DNA of 64,000 nt. Origin: Lama guanicoe. Lineage: Eukaryota. The stretch spans positions 14,170,974 to 14,234,973 of the forward strand of contig MU054187.1 in the NCBI GenBank assembly GCA_013239625.1. The letters run 5' to 3'. This document shows positions 1-13,295 of this stretch, one piece after another. The position numbers were made by a program, and so were the translations under genes. The notes below the pieces were generated by a model. It made no database searches, was not told where the DNA came from, and saw nothing but the letters and a program-made list of their open reading frames with translations. The stretch's first letter is position 1; each line of letters opens with the position of its first letter.

Positions 1-339
1 CATTTTAATACCAGATGGAGGCAGGTGAATGAATTGCCAAATCGAAGGTAATATTAATATCTAGTATGACTGATGGGAAGCAGAAAATTCATATTCTTTT
101 TCTGATTTGGCTCATGACTTACTTTCTCAATGGTTCTCTTTCCCCATCTGTAAAATGGGTATTCTGGGCTCTATTCCCTCCTCACCACCCTAGTCTGGGC
201 CCTCACTTTCTCTTGCTTCTCTTGGACCAGTGTGACTATCTCTTAATTGTTTTTTCTCCCTTCAGTCTTGGACCTCACAAATCTACTCTCTTTTCTTACT
301 GAATCAAATCCAATCTTTTTAATAGGGCACAGAAATTTC

Positions 340-790
340 TTCATGATCTGGCACCTGACAAATCCCCTAACCTCATTATGTTCTTTCTTGCCTCACAATC
401 TACATTCTAGATATGTTGACCTGCTCTTACTCTCTGACCTTACTCTATTCTTTCAGACTTCTGTTCTTTGCTTGTCCTGTGCTCACAGACCAGAAAGCCT
501 GGAGCACTTTTCTTTCCTACACATGACCATCCTCACCTGCTCAGGCTAGGAGGCCATCCCTGATCCATCTTCAACCCCTCTCCCTTTATTTTGGCTCTTG
601 TCCATGCGCCTTGTGTTTGTCTCCATCGCTGCACTCACACGCTTATGATTTCCTCTGTGCATATCTGCTTTCTCCACTGTTCTCACTTCTTCTGCTAGAA
701 ATGGTGTCTGAGTTAGCCTTTCATCTTTAACATCTAACCTGTTAAATGACAGAATCGATGCTCATAATATTTGTTGAAGGCAAGACAGAA
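340..790 (+). mobile_element. L2 3' end relic
   Basis: Pyrimidine-rich L2 body ending ...GCTCATAATATTTGTTGAA, followed by a GA-rich tail. Confidence 0.55.
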
Positions 791-2419
791 AGAAGGAAAG
801 AAGGACGGGAGAAAGGGGAAAATAGGAGAAGAAAGGAAGAAGCAAAGAGAGAGAAAGTATCTTTTTGCAGTGGGAAAAATAGAACTTTCAAATACAACAG
901 CTGATTAAGTACAGTGATGATAAAATAGAGACATAAACTCTTTGATGCTGTCTTGGTTAAAACTGAAAGAAATTATAGGTTAGAATCAATTTGATGTCTT
1001 GGGGGCAAAATCCTATTATGTCAAGCACCAGTCATTAATAAGAGAGGTGGACTGAAAAACTTTTCACTCTTGTACTCTCAGCAGTAAAAAGAACAAAGAA
1101 ATCAGACAGGAGGGAAAATGTCTTATTTACGTTGAATGATATGGGCCATGACCACTGCTATGTTTCTTAAGAAGAAACAAAAGATTCCCAAAATATTCAC
1201 AAGTTCTTCATGGGCTTTTCTTTCTAGGATGGTCCTAAAAGCTAAGTACAAAATTTCTGGAATGTAAACTTTAATCTCAAAGCATGTAAAACAGGGAATT
1301 GTTTATTTAATCTGTAGAATAACATTTGTTTTAAGGACTGGAACTTGCTCACTTTAATTGTAAATTAACTATTAATCTGACACATCATTATACAAATTGT
1401 GTGGAATTATTTGTTCGTTAGAGAAAATTATTCGGGCCTCTGGGTCTAGTTTTTCTCTATACCTGCTTTGCCATCCATAACAAAAATAAGAAATCTATAG
1501 CGAACTCAAACCCAAGCACAGTGAGACGTGTAGCATCTTTGAAAACATGCTTTCCCTTGTTTTAATCACACACTGTTATCATGGATTCAGGTTTCTAAAA
1601 AACACCGCTGAAAGTCGAATCTTTATGGTCTCTGGATAGAAATTTCTTTCAAAAATCTTACTTTGTTTATTTTTAAACTTTTTAAATGTAAAAAAATAAT
1701 TCATCTCTTCTCTGCTTTGCCATGGTCAGAATATCCAAACACTGGAAACAATTTGAAGCTATTCCTCTATCATTTTTTTCCATTTCAGTAATATTTTCCC
1801 CTTTCCTCTTAAGGAAGAGATTCAGGTTATTTTCCATTGTATGACTTGGCTGCTAACAACCAGGGCATTTAAGAATAGATATCAGAGAACATTTCAGGGC
1901 CAGGGAGCAGGAGACCCCCCAGGAGCAGGTCCGCATTCACTGTCTAATTACGTTGTCATGTATCCAAAATGAGCTAGCTTCTCTCCAAGAAGCACGGCCA
2001 GGCGATGACCTAGGTATTAGGGGACTAGGTTCGGGAGACGCCTGAGTGCTGGTCTCAGAAAGCTGTGCGAAGCAGGACGCTGATTCTGTGGACAGCATGG
2101 TAGGCAGGTGGCATGTCTCCTCTGTGTTACTGCGGCCACCTTGAGACAGCAGCAGGTCTGAGCCGTGGGCAGGCTCCTTGCTGTGTGTTTATCTCCATTA
2201 GATGAATGGCCACAGTTACACGAATGATAGGCTATTCAGTTGGAAGCAGTCTTCGGAAAAATCAACAAAAACTAGATGCCTTTCTAACATTTCCACTCTT
2301 TTGTAGAAAGAAAGGCTTAGCCTCACCATTCTCTTTTGAAATTTGTAGATTTTGAAGCTGTCTTTCATACATTTCTTGGATTTAGGAGGAAGAATTATTA
2401 GGAGACTTTTCATGCTAGC

Positions 2420-3630
2420 AGTTAGAATTTATTCTGTGCCAGTGAGAAACCCTTGAAATTATTTAAATGGAAGAGTAATAGAAACAGATTTGTATTTCAG
2501 GAGAAACACAGTATGGAAGATAAACTGAAGGGGGGCCATGATGGTGGCAGTCAGGAGGCAGAATCGGGGAACTTGGTGATTGTGTGAGTCAAGGATGACC
2601 CAGGTTTCTAACTTGAAGGGGTGGGTGGACCTTTCACTGAAATAGGAAACAGGAAGCCTAGAAGGCTCATGAGGATGAGTTCAGATTTGGACATGCTGGA
2701 CTTGAGATGCGTGCAGGATATCCAGGTGAACAGGAAGGAGAATTAATCAAATGGCCACATTTAGGCTAACAGATGGCTTATTTGTGTGCTTGTCCTTAAA
2801 ACAGTCAACTGATCTGACTGACTGTTTGCTACTCAAAGCTCCAGGCCCGTAGTTAAAATAAAGCTATTAATTTTACTGTTTCTGCCTTATTCTAGCAATC
2901 AAAAGTAATAGTCATACTTGGTTTCTGCATTGTTCCCCAGGAAGAAGGTCACGGAACTATAACCTTACAAAATAGGCTAAATACCAAGAAGTCCACACCT
3001 TGGGCACTTACAAGATAAAGAGATCTCATAAAGAATGTGACAACTGCTAGCTTCTATAGAATTGATCACCTGGAGGAATCGTGACGCCTCTCTAAGTCTT
3101 ATGATGAGAAAGTGATTCTGTTGATTGTTTATTGTTTGAGCTATGGCTGAATAATCACCCTCCCTTATCCGCTGTGTGGGTTCACAGTTTTGAAGGCACT
3201 GGCTTACTGTGAGTCCCCTTTGCCTGGCAAAGCAATAAAGCTGGATCTTTTCCTCTAAGCTCCAAGACCCTGTCTCTGAGTTTCAGTTTGGCTCATCAGG
3301 GATGGGGGCCAATTTTTCAGCAACAAACACATAGATAAATCTAGAGCTAAGGAGAGAGGTACAAATTGGAAAACAGAAATGTGGACGTCAGCACCTTATT
3401 GGGACACAATTAAGTCAGAACTATGGATAAGATTGTCCTAAGAGGCTCTGAGAGACAGGAGCCTTGGACTGGACATCTGAGTAATAGCAGGATGTAGGGG
3501 ATGAAGAGAGGAAGCGGAGCTGTGGAAAGAGATTGACAGGGAATGATCAGAGAGAGAAAAAACGTGGCATTGTTTTAGAAACCAAAAGAGAAAACATCAA
3601 GAGGACTTGCGTGCCAATCTCAAACACTGC
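2420..3630 (-). mobile_element. L2 LINE relic split by the LTR
   Basis: L2-like motifs (AAGGATGACCCAGGTTTCTAACTTG, GAGTTCAGATTTGGACATGCTG). Confidence 0.65.
2733..3325 (+). mobile_element. Solo ERV1-like LTR inserted in an L2
   Basis: AATAAA at 3234-3239, ends ...GCAACA, 4-bp TSD AACA (2729-2732 / 3326-3329); L2 continues on both sides. Confidence 0.75.
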
Positions 3631-4844
3631 AGACAGTCAGCAGGTGCCCTCTGTGCTCCCAACACCTCCCATCGCCTTCACTACGTCTTACACTGTTTAC
3701 CTTGTCTCTTCTTCGGGGCTGACAAGAGCCTCAAGGTCAAGGCTTCTGTATGCCCAGGATCTAAAGTATACCCAATGGTTTGGACAACTGAGTGCAGTTT
3801 CAATGAAGTGGTAAGGGGTGGAATTCTGACTGAGGGATGAATAAGGGAGGAGAAATTTCAAATGTGGCTACATCTCAATTATCCAAGCTGAGGGAATAGA
3901 ACAGAAATGTGGGTGAAACAAACAAAAAAGAGACAAGCTCAAAAGTTACATCTGACTTTGAACAAAGACTCCATAGAAAACCTATATTTTTTCATCAATC
4001 CAGACAGTCCTTCCTCCAGTCCCAGTTCTCCTGTGATGTGACCCTAATGTCTTCAGTTGAAACTCTCCCAGGAAGAGGGAAGAGACACTGGACACCTCAA
4101 AGGGAACGAGCCCGTGATTAAGTGAGAACTGACAAGTATGGAAGGGGCGTGGAAGAATGAAGCTCCCTCCATGTGGGTAAAACTCTGCTGTTGTAGATAA
4201 CAGATAATCATAAGGTGTGTCATCCTTATTTCCACGATAAACAGAAGGTCTGAGCGTTTGCAAGCCCATAAAACGTTTTCTAGCCTTGAAAATGAGTGTA
4301 CTTTAAGATTTTAGATGAATGTCATTCAGAAAGTGTTTCCTTTATAAAGGTGTCATTATAATAATGAATGTTTTGTATTTGGGGAAGTGGTGTCATATGT
4401 GGAATATTCAGCCAAAGGGAAAAAGACTAGTAGCTAGTTTTAAAGTCTTCTGGAGAAGATAAGAGTTTTAGTTTCTTAAGTCTCTCTCTCTTTTTTTTCA
4501 ACCCAAAGTCGAATGAAGGGTGGCGTAAAGAAGAATTGAAAACAAAAACTAGTGAGCTGGTTTGATCATAATAATTACAAAAGAACTTCCTGTACATATC
4601 AGTCTGTTCTTTAAAGTACTTCCACATGCATTATCTGATTTTATGTATATTCATAAACAAAGCGAATTAATGCAGGTTAGCTCTGATAATCCTTGTGAAA
4701 GAGGTGAGGAAATTGACGATCAGATACAGCTTCATCTTCTGTGGCACCATTTTTTTGAGAAAATGCCCAGACTGTTTCAGGAGAATGGGGTGCGAGAAGA
4801 TGGCCATGTCGCAGGTCTTGGGCAAGTCCCTGGGATGCACCCCA

Positions 4845-5245
4845 TTGAGTGAGGGTCCTTGGCTTCATGCCCGAAAGCATTCAAGAGTGAGCCATAGTGA
4901 AGTGAAAGTAGACTTATTCAGGGAGATCCTCCATGGACAGAGTGTGGTCCCTCTCACTCAGAAGGGAGAGTAGCAACTAGGTGTAGCTAGTATTTAAGGG
5001 CTGGGTAATTTCATATGCTAATGAGTGGGAGGATCATTCCAACTGTGTTGGGGAAGGGGTGGGGATTTCCAGGATTTGAGCCCTGCTTACTTTTTGGCCT
5101 TTTGCAGTCAGCCTGGGGACTGTCATGGCGCCTGTGGGTTTGTCTTGAGGCTCAAGGCTACTGGAAGTCGAATCTTCTGCCATTTTTGTTCTAACCAGTT
5201 AACCTATCCTCAGTTGCCCTGCCCCCTTCCCTCCTCTCTCAAAAC
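4845..5245 (-). mobile_element. ERV1-like LTR relic
   Basis: GAGGGTCCTTGGCTTCATGC...AAGAGTGAGCCATAG and ATTTCATATGCTAATGAG motifs typical of laurasiatherian ERV1 LTRs. Confidence 0.55.
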
Positions 5246-5489
5246 CAATATTCTCCTTCCAGTATATAATGATCCTCCCACCTGCCTTCCTTCCCTCCTT
5301 ATTTACTTTCTTTTTCTTCTTTTCGTTTCTCCTTCATTAATTTCTTCTTTCCTTCCCTGCCTCCCCCTTTCTTCTTTCCTTTAGAAAACTATAAAGCAAG
5401 GACTCTGCCATTGTGATATTGTGATATAATAGAAGTACACATTTTGTTCTTCAGCCCTGGATCCTGAAGCAGCTCCAGAGCAACCAAGG

Positions 5490-5918
5490 TGAAAGGAGTA
5501 TCTTTTGTTGTAAGATTTGGTTTTTGTTCTTGAAGTTGTTCTGAAGTGATAAAGCTGAAAGGAGCCTCTTTTGTTATTCATAGCAAGCCCCTTTCAACCA
5601 CCTCTGAGTTTATGTTAATAAGGTGAATTTTGGAAAGCCCCTAAAGATGGGGGGGTGGGGTAGGTGGAGGGCTGGTTTCCAGGGAACGAATCATGTGACT
5701 AGAGGGTTGGAACTTTCAGCACCCGCCACCCAGACTGGCTCTAGTCTGAGTTAATCACTAATGGTTAATGATTGAATCAGTCATGTCTATGGAATGAAAC
5801 CTCCATAAAAACCTTAACTGAAGGGGTTCAAGGAGCTTCTGAGTTGGCGAACACATGGAGGACTGGGCTCCCAGAGAGGTCACAGAGGCTCTGCGCTTCC
5901 CCTATACCTTGCCCTGTG
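5490..5918 (+). mobile_element. MER21-like LTR fragment
   Basis: AGAGGGTTGGAACTTTCAGC...AATGAAACCTCCATAAAAACC...GAGCTTCTGAGTTGGCGAACACATGGAG. Confidence 0.7.
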
Positions 5919-6129
5919 GCCAGTGTTGGGGGAAAGAAAACAGGTTTGGCATTAGAAATAGAGGCAGGAGAGTAAGAAATGGCATTCTTTTTTTAGTGAA
6001 GTACTTACTATACAAGGCACTGAATCTAATAAATATAACCTGTGCTCTCAAGTTACTGTAACTTCAAATGTGCGTTCTTCCTACAAAAGGGTGAGTGTGC
6101 CTGGCGGCGTGAGGCAGGTGGCCCCAGTG

Positions 6130-6201
6130 TCTAGTACTCTTGTCTATACATGTGTATCAAGTATCTCTAGTACTCTTGTCTATACATGTGTATCAAGTAT
6201 C
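6130..6201. repeat. Perfect 36-bp tandem duplication (2 copies)
   Basis: TCTAGTACTCTTGTCTATACATGTGTATCAAGTATC x2. Confidence 0.95.
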
Positions 6202-6273
6202 AAATGTGTTGACATTTATTTATTTTAAAAGGGTACTGATTAACATTTGAATATGCACCTTTTGGGCAAATTT

Positions 6274-6636
6274 TTTGACTGTTTTTTTTTTGAGTTATAG
6301 TCATTTTACAATGTTGTGTCAAATTCCAGTGTAGAGCACAATTTTTCAGTCATACATGAACATGTATAAATTAATCATCACTTTTTTTTTCTCTGTGAGC
6401 TACCACAAGATCTTGTATATATTTCCCTGTGCTATACAGTATAATCTTGTTTATCTATTCTACATATGCCTGTCAGTATCTACAAATTTTGAATTCCCAG
6501 TCTATCTCTTCTACCCACCTCCCCCTTGGCAACCACAAGTTTGTATTCTATGTCTATGAGCCTGTTTCTGTTTTGTATTTATGTTCTTTTTTTTTTTAGA
6601 TTCCACATATAAGCGATCTCATATGGTATTTTTCTA
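6274..6636 (-). mobile_element. 5'-truncated lineage-specific L1 3' end
   Basis: L1 3'UTR motifs, poly(T) on +, perfect 15-bp TSD CTTTTGGGCAAATTT (6259-6273 / 6637-6651). Confidence 0.9.
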
Positions 6637-8171
6637 CTTTTGGGCAAATTTAACAATTATTTATAATTGTCATAGTTACATTTTTTGGATTCAATTATGT
6701 TAACCTTATTTGTGGTGAAATATACACATAGGGAAATGCATAAAGCATAAATGTAACTTATTTTGAAATAGAGCTTTTGAGTACTTCTACAGCATTATTC
6801 AACTTGACCTTCTCAATAGCTCTGTGAGGAAGGAAGGGGCATCATCAGTATCATCACCTACATTTCCTAAGTGCAGAAATAAGACAGGTGACTTCCCCAA
6901 GTTCAAAGCCAGTGGTGGATCCAGAACTTGAACCCATGTCTTCTGCCCTCAGAGCCCGGGGTGCTCTGACTTGCATTTAGCATTTATCTGACTTAGCATT
7001 TATCCCATGCTGGGTCTCTTAGAGACTACAGGAATCCCGTGAAATTTGGTAAAGACAGAAAGCAGTTGAGTGAAGTTCTGAAAAACTACTGGTAAGTAAA
7101 AAATGAATAGAAAGGAGCAGTAGTCGCTGTAGCTATTTAAACATACGACACGCCGGGAGCTATGGAGTAAATGCTGCATGAATTACCCCTTGAGATAAAC
7201 AGTGTCTAGTGGGCAGAACGTGCAAAATCGCTCCCATAGATTTAGGATTTTACTATAAATGTAGTAAAGGGGGGAGAGAAGGACACAGCTTTGGCAACCC
7301 TTCCTCCTTGTCACTATTTTTGGTTCCCTGTCTGAAGAAAATTTTCAAGATTTCCTTGTAAGGACAAAAGAAAAAAATCATTCTGTGGCCTCATGACCTG
7401 AGCAGAAGCAACCATGAGTGAATATTCCTCTCCGCCAGCAGCTGGGAAGAACTGGGAGCAGATGGTAAAAGCTTCCCACCTGCAAATGACATCAACTGAC
7501 GAAGTCAGTTCAACACTCTCAGGAAGTGGTCTCTCAGAATCATCAGCCTCTCCGCTTCAGATATGGAAAGCCCCCCAGGATGGGAATAAAGTGTGCATCC
7601 TAGGAGGGAGGCAGCCTTTTCTTCCTTAAGTGGGCATTGGATCCGAGCCCTTGTGAGAGAGGCTTGGTTATGTGTATTTGGTTCTCATACATGCTCTCAT
7701 TTATGGAATTTCTTCTGGTTGGTGGAAAGAAGAGAAGCAATAAAGTCTGGTTCCCATGTATCTGGAGATCAGTCACATTGCGTGAACAAGTTGCTGAGCG
7801 ATAGGAATAAAGTCTTTCTTCTCCCACAAAGGAATACTGAACCAACCCAGCTCATTTATTTAACACACACTTAAATCATGTTTATTGAGTGCCAGCTGGG
7901 GACTTGACAAATATTATTAACTCACTTAATTCTCCTAACAACCCTCTGAGGGAGGTATTGTTTTACTAGTGAGGAAACTGAGGTACAGGAAGTTTCATCA
8001 ACTGGTCTGAGGTCAAAAAACTTCTGGTTTTGTGTCTCTGAAATATTAGAGCCTAAGATTTAGGAAATAGATTGTGTTTTCCTCCAAGGGTGACATTTTT
8101 GTTATATTTCTCCCACTTATCTGGATCACTGCTTTCCGAAGTGAGTGGAAGGTAGGAATAGGTACCACCCA

Positions 8172-8668
8172 GTGTGTGGCAGAGATGACCAGCTGCCCGT
8201 CAAACTTGCATCTTCTTCTCTTTCAAATGAATGAGTCCTGATTCTTAGCTGGGCACTGGTACCCAGTTATAGGGGGACATTGCCCCTTTTCCCTAACAAT
8301 TTGGTGTGGCCACCTGACTAAGCTCTGGCCAAGAAGATGTAAGCGAGAGTGTTCTGTGGGGTTTCCAGAAAGTTCTGTAATACAAGTTGCACCCACTCCC
8401 TCTCCATCTTCCATCTTGTTGTTTGGGAAGTGACTGAGATGCTGAAATTGCAGCAGGCATCTTGGACGTGAAGAAGCAGGCGCATCCAAGGGAAGGAGGA
8501 GGGTAAGACGAGACAGGGGTTTGTATCTCTGGTAACAGTGTCGTCATCAGATCAACCCTGGGCTACCTGGCTCCAGACTTCTTATGTATGAGAAATAGAC
8601 TACTATCTCATGTAACTTTTTTGGGGGGGGTCATCTGTTATTCACAGTACCCTAATTTTAACTGAAAA
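8172..8668 (+). mobile_element. MaLR (MLT1-type) solo LTR
   Basis: TGTGTGGCAGAGATG start; CTGGCCAAGAAGATGTAAGCGAGAGTG; MLT1-like 3' end. Confidence 0.65.
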
Positions 8669-9875
8669 ATGCTATGACTCATCAATTTCCCTGATAGCTT
8701 TGAATCTCTTCCCTAAAGTAGGATGCTAAGAGGTAATTTGATCTGACATGATTGTTTGGCAATTAACGGATTATCTTGTGATAAACCCCTATAACTCCGG
8801 ATTCACGGACTCATGACCTCACGTTCGTTCGGCACTTTACAGTTTCTTGTAGAAACTGACATGAGTTGGGCATCTCCTGCATGCCGCACCAGTGGGGAGA
8901 AAAGCCGAATAGACTCTGACTCAGCTGGAGGAACAGAAGCACAAACAAATCATCATAATTCAACATTCCATGCGCCAGAGAAGAGCTTGGGGAGAGCATT
9001 AGAGCAGAGGCTACTGCCTCGTCCTTGGAAAGTTGAAGCAGACTTCACCGGGGAAGCAGTGCCCCACCACCCAGCCCGAGGAAGGAGGAGGAAAGACGGG
9101 CCATGCACTCAGTCAACGGCCCTTCACCACCTCTTGTGGGGAGGGCCGGGCGGTGGCTACAGCCCCGCTTTACCCGTCAGAGCCTTGCCAAGGGGCTCCT
9201 GGCCGTGAAGAGAAACACAGAGGGCCCAGAACCTGAGCACTGGCTCCTAATCCCGTTCTCTGTCCACCCTGCCTCACGGTCCCCCTAAGTAACATTGATG
9301 ACCGTGAGTTCAGCCCCAGAGGAGGTCAGGTGTTTCTTATTTTCTCAGCTAAAATAAGTCCAGCAACCCAATTCATTTAATTTATTGCATTTCCCCTTCC
9401 ACTTTTCATAATCCTCTTATTTATGAGGCCAGAGTTCTTAGTAATTCCCTTCCCGGAATCCTCCCCAAGGAAACATTCAGAGAGGCAGGCATAGGTTTAT
9501 GCACAAAAACTCTCCTTGCAGAGCTAGTTATAATAACAGAAAAGAGGAAACAACCTAAATTTTCAACACAAGCAGACTAGTGGGCAGCCCCTAAACATCT
9601 TTCCATACATTTTATAATGGCACTTTAAAAGTACTAACACTTAAGGCTACTAAACCAGGTTGAAGACGGCTGATCCCCATTTTGTTAGGTATACGTGCCC
9701 ACACACGCATAGAAAAGAGAAGGGCTCTCAGCAAGGCGTCCACAGCGGCCATCTTGGCACTCTTTGTGTTTTCTACATTTTTCTACAATGTGCATTTTAT
9801 CATCAGAAAAAATCTCAGTAAATATTGTTTAATAAAATGCAAAAGTCATCACGAGGGCAATAAGACAGAGATTCC

Positions 9876-10327
9876 TGTATTAGAGTTCTCCAGAGACACA
9901 GAAACAGAAACAATAGAATGAAATATGTATATACATATACTGTTTGTATATAAACAATAGAAAAAGAAATAGAGAGAGAGAGATTGATTCTAAGGAATCG
10001 GCTCATGTGATTACGAAGGCTGGCAAGTCCAAACTTTGCAGGAGACCCAGGGAAGAGCTGATGCTACAGCTCAAGTCCAGAGGCCATCAGCGGGCAGAAT
10101 TCCATCTTGATCAGAAGTCAGTCTTTTTCTATTAAGGCCACCAGCTGACTGGATGAGGCCCACCCACATTATCGAGGATAATCTGCTTTACTCAGAGTCT
10201 ACGGATTTCATTTAAATTTCATCTAAAAAAACCCCAAAAACCTTCACAAGCACGTTGACAATACTGTTTGACCAAATTCTTGGATGCGGTAATCTAGCCA
10301 AGTTGACACTTAAAAGTAACTATCACA
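9876..10327 (-). mobile_element. MLT2 (ERVL) solo LTR
   Basis: TGTATTAGAGTTCTCCAGAGA...GGATGAGGCCCACCCACATT...CCAAGTTGACACTTAAAAGTAACTATCACA; 5-bp TSD ATTCC/ATTTC. Confidence 0.85.
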
Positions 10328-13295
10328 ATTTCCAGCCACTTACGATTTCTCACCAGTTGCCCCGACTGTTTAAAGATGGGCGCTGTCCGCTCTCCGTCTT
10401 CCTGTCACTCAGTGCAGGCCTGGCTCATGGCAGATGTTAAGCAGGTGTTGGAATGAGTGTGTGGGGGAGTGAAGGAGTGAGGAAGTGAGCTGCTGAGAAG
10501 ATAGGCAACGATATTGCAAAATCATCAGCTCAGAATGTCACAAATCTACAGAAGGGTTCTTTAAACTGAGACCTGGCCAGCCACCTCAGAGGAAGCCACA
10601 TCACACTATAAGGGCAGGCCCCAGCCTCCACAATGACCCTAAACCCTACCCCACCCACCTATGTAGACCCACCAAAAATTCACCCTGAGTCCAGAGACCA
10701 CTGCGGACATGCAGTCTCCCTAGTGGTGCCGCCCTGCCAAAAGCAATGGTCAGTGGGAGGCAGGTGTTTTTTTGGACCAGAAATGTGGACCTTCTTGGGG
10801 CTGCCCAAGTATAGGGTCCCCTCTGGGTGGCCTCCATGGCCTCAGTCCAGGCAGTGGGCAGTGGGAGCAGCTCTTCCCTGTGAGCTACAGCCGGACAGCA
10901 GCCCCCTGCTGCTTCAGCCCATGATGAGAGCATGTAGCTTCTCCAGCCACTAGAAAGTTCTCTCCCATCTTCCAACATGGGCTTTTGTCCCCTTCAGACA
11001 TGACTTGCATTACTGATCAGGTCAACTATTGCTTTGGGCTAGCATCTTTCCTGAAGCCACTGAGCCCCAGATCCTGTGACCCTCTGCTGTTCCACCTCCA
11101 TCTGGAGCCTCAGAGGGGCCGGACTCTGGGTGTCCAGTCAGTTCAGAGCAGCCTGGGTTCCTAAAGACATTTCCATAGCTATAGTTACCAGAGCACAAAA
11201 GCCAGGAAATTTGGGAGGATGACAGAGTGATTTGAAAGGAGCAAGGTTGGTTTCCCTATATTACAAATGGATAAAAATCTTCTATTCAATGAAGTGCTCT
11301 TGTTCTAGTTGTACAAAAGGTATTTTTTATTTTAAAAAATCTACTATGAGGAACAAGTTCTAAGATCTCACTTATTTCATAGGAAAATTCAGACACTGAG
11401 TCCTTGCTAGGGGAAGGAGACCACGCTCTCACTGAGGAACGGGGTCGGAGACTGCGGCTGGTAAACCGCCGTCAGCGGCACGTCTGAGGTGGGGGTGAAA
11501 GGGCTGGGCGCCTCCCCGTGAAGGAAGGGACCCATTAGGTGGGCTGGTTCCTTTCTAAGCACAAAAGGGCTGGCATGCCATCTGGATGGGAAGGTGTTAG
11601 CTCTGTGTACAGAGAGTGAGCACACCTGGTAGGCAGGTATCCCAGAAAATCAACAGTTCGAAAACTATGGCTCATAGAATCTGTCTGATGTGGTAACAGC
11701 ACACACTGATGGGGCACTTTCCAACAGTCAGGTACTGTTCCAAGTGCTTTGCATAGATAACCTCACTTAATCCTCGCAATATCCCTCTGACGTGGCTATT
11801 AAAGTTCTCCCAACTTTATAACTAAGGAATCTGATGCATGACTTGATTTGCCCCGAGCGCTCCACCAGTTAAGTGATGGAGTTGGGAGTTCTTCCAGCAG
11901 GGTGATCCCACAACGGTCACTCTTAAAGTGTATCTACATAAACACACGCGCTCACGTACATACATGTACACAGATTTCTTGGGATGCTGAGTCAGATGCC
12001 TTTTCTGTTTCCCTCTTACATAAAAATAGCACACACACTCACTTTCTTATCTTCCCAGCCCTAGCTTGAAGCAATTTTCTGACCCCGATCCCTGTTCCAC
12101 CCCACTCCAATATTCCAGTTGCAAATCCAAACAGCTACATTCTAGTCTTGAGTTTTCCTTCTTTATGTTCTCTGCTGTGACAGCTCCAGGCCAAGAAGTC
12201 ACCACACACTAGGATGAATGTCACTCTAAGCTCATTAGCTGGCTGCCCTTGGACACCTGGGCTTCTTCGGTGTTGGCAGTAGTGGAGCAGAGTGGAGGAG
12301 AAGCAAATGAGCCCTGGACCCAGGAAACACCAATGCTACCTCCAAGGGGTCTCTCTCTAAATTGAAGAAATTGGTCTCAACCATCTCTAAAACACTAACA
12401 AATTATGTCTCAATGGTCTCCTCCCAGCAGAGCAAGACTGGTAATTCTTCCTTTTGTAGCCACCAGGCTTTCCCAGGGAGCTCAGTGGTCTATCTCTGGG
12501 CAAGAATGAGATACAAAGAGATTAATGTAAGGAAACTCACCATCCATACACACAAGTATTCATGGTGTCTTTTGGAGCATAGAAAAGCAAGACTCAGACA
12601 CTGACAGCGAAGGCAGCTTTGCCAGGTCTTAGAAGGGAGCGTTCTGATTTACAGGTTCAAGTTCATTCCTCAGTCCAGAACAACCTGTTCTTCCTCTTCT
12701 TTCAGGATATTTGCAGAGGAGAATTCTAGGACTATTCACAGTCATTCAGCCAACATAAAATTGGCATGAGACTAAATGACTCACCTTTTGAAATCAGAAA
12801 GAGTTTCCAGGGACCTAGCTTTGAGAAAGGTAAATATATGCTGTTTGCCCATCCTGTGCGTTAAACAGCATTAAGAAAGCATCAAAGAACACAAATAGCT
12901 TCTGGGAGGCAGGCAGGTGTCCAGAGGCACTGGGAAAACTGAGCTGGAGCCAAGGGGCCATGTGTCTCGTTAGGGAAACCCGCCACAGAGCTAGAAGACA
13001 GCCGGTATCAGTCTGATGCACCACCCTGGCCTTGGGAATTTCCTGATCCTTCCTCGGAATGGCAGGGTCAATGCAGTGAATCTAATCTTCTTACAGACAT
13101 TGCTGGGACCACCCAAACCAAGAGAGAAAATGAACATGGTTAGTGGCTTGGCAGCCAACAAGGTGGGTGGAGGCGCTGATGTGCTGTCTTTCCTGACTAG
13201 CTGGCTTCTTGCTTTACGAAGCCCTCCTTCTCCAGGTAGAACCCCTCCGACTGTATTTCCCAGCTTCACTCATACCTAAAGCCCAGACATATAAC

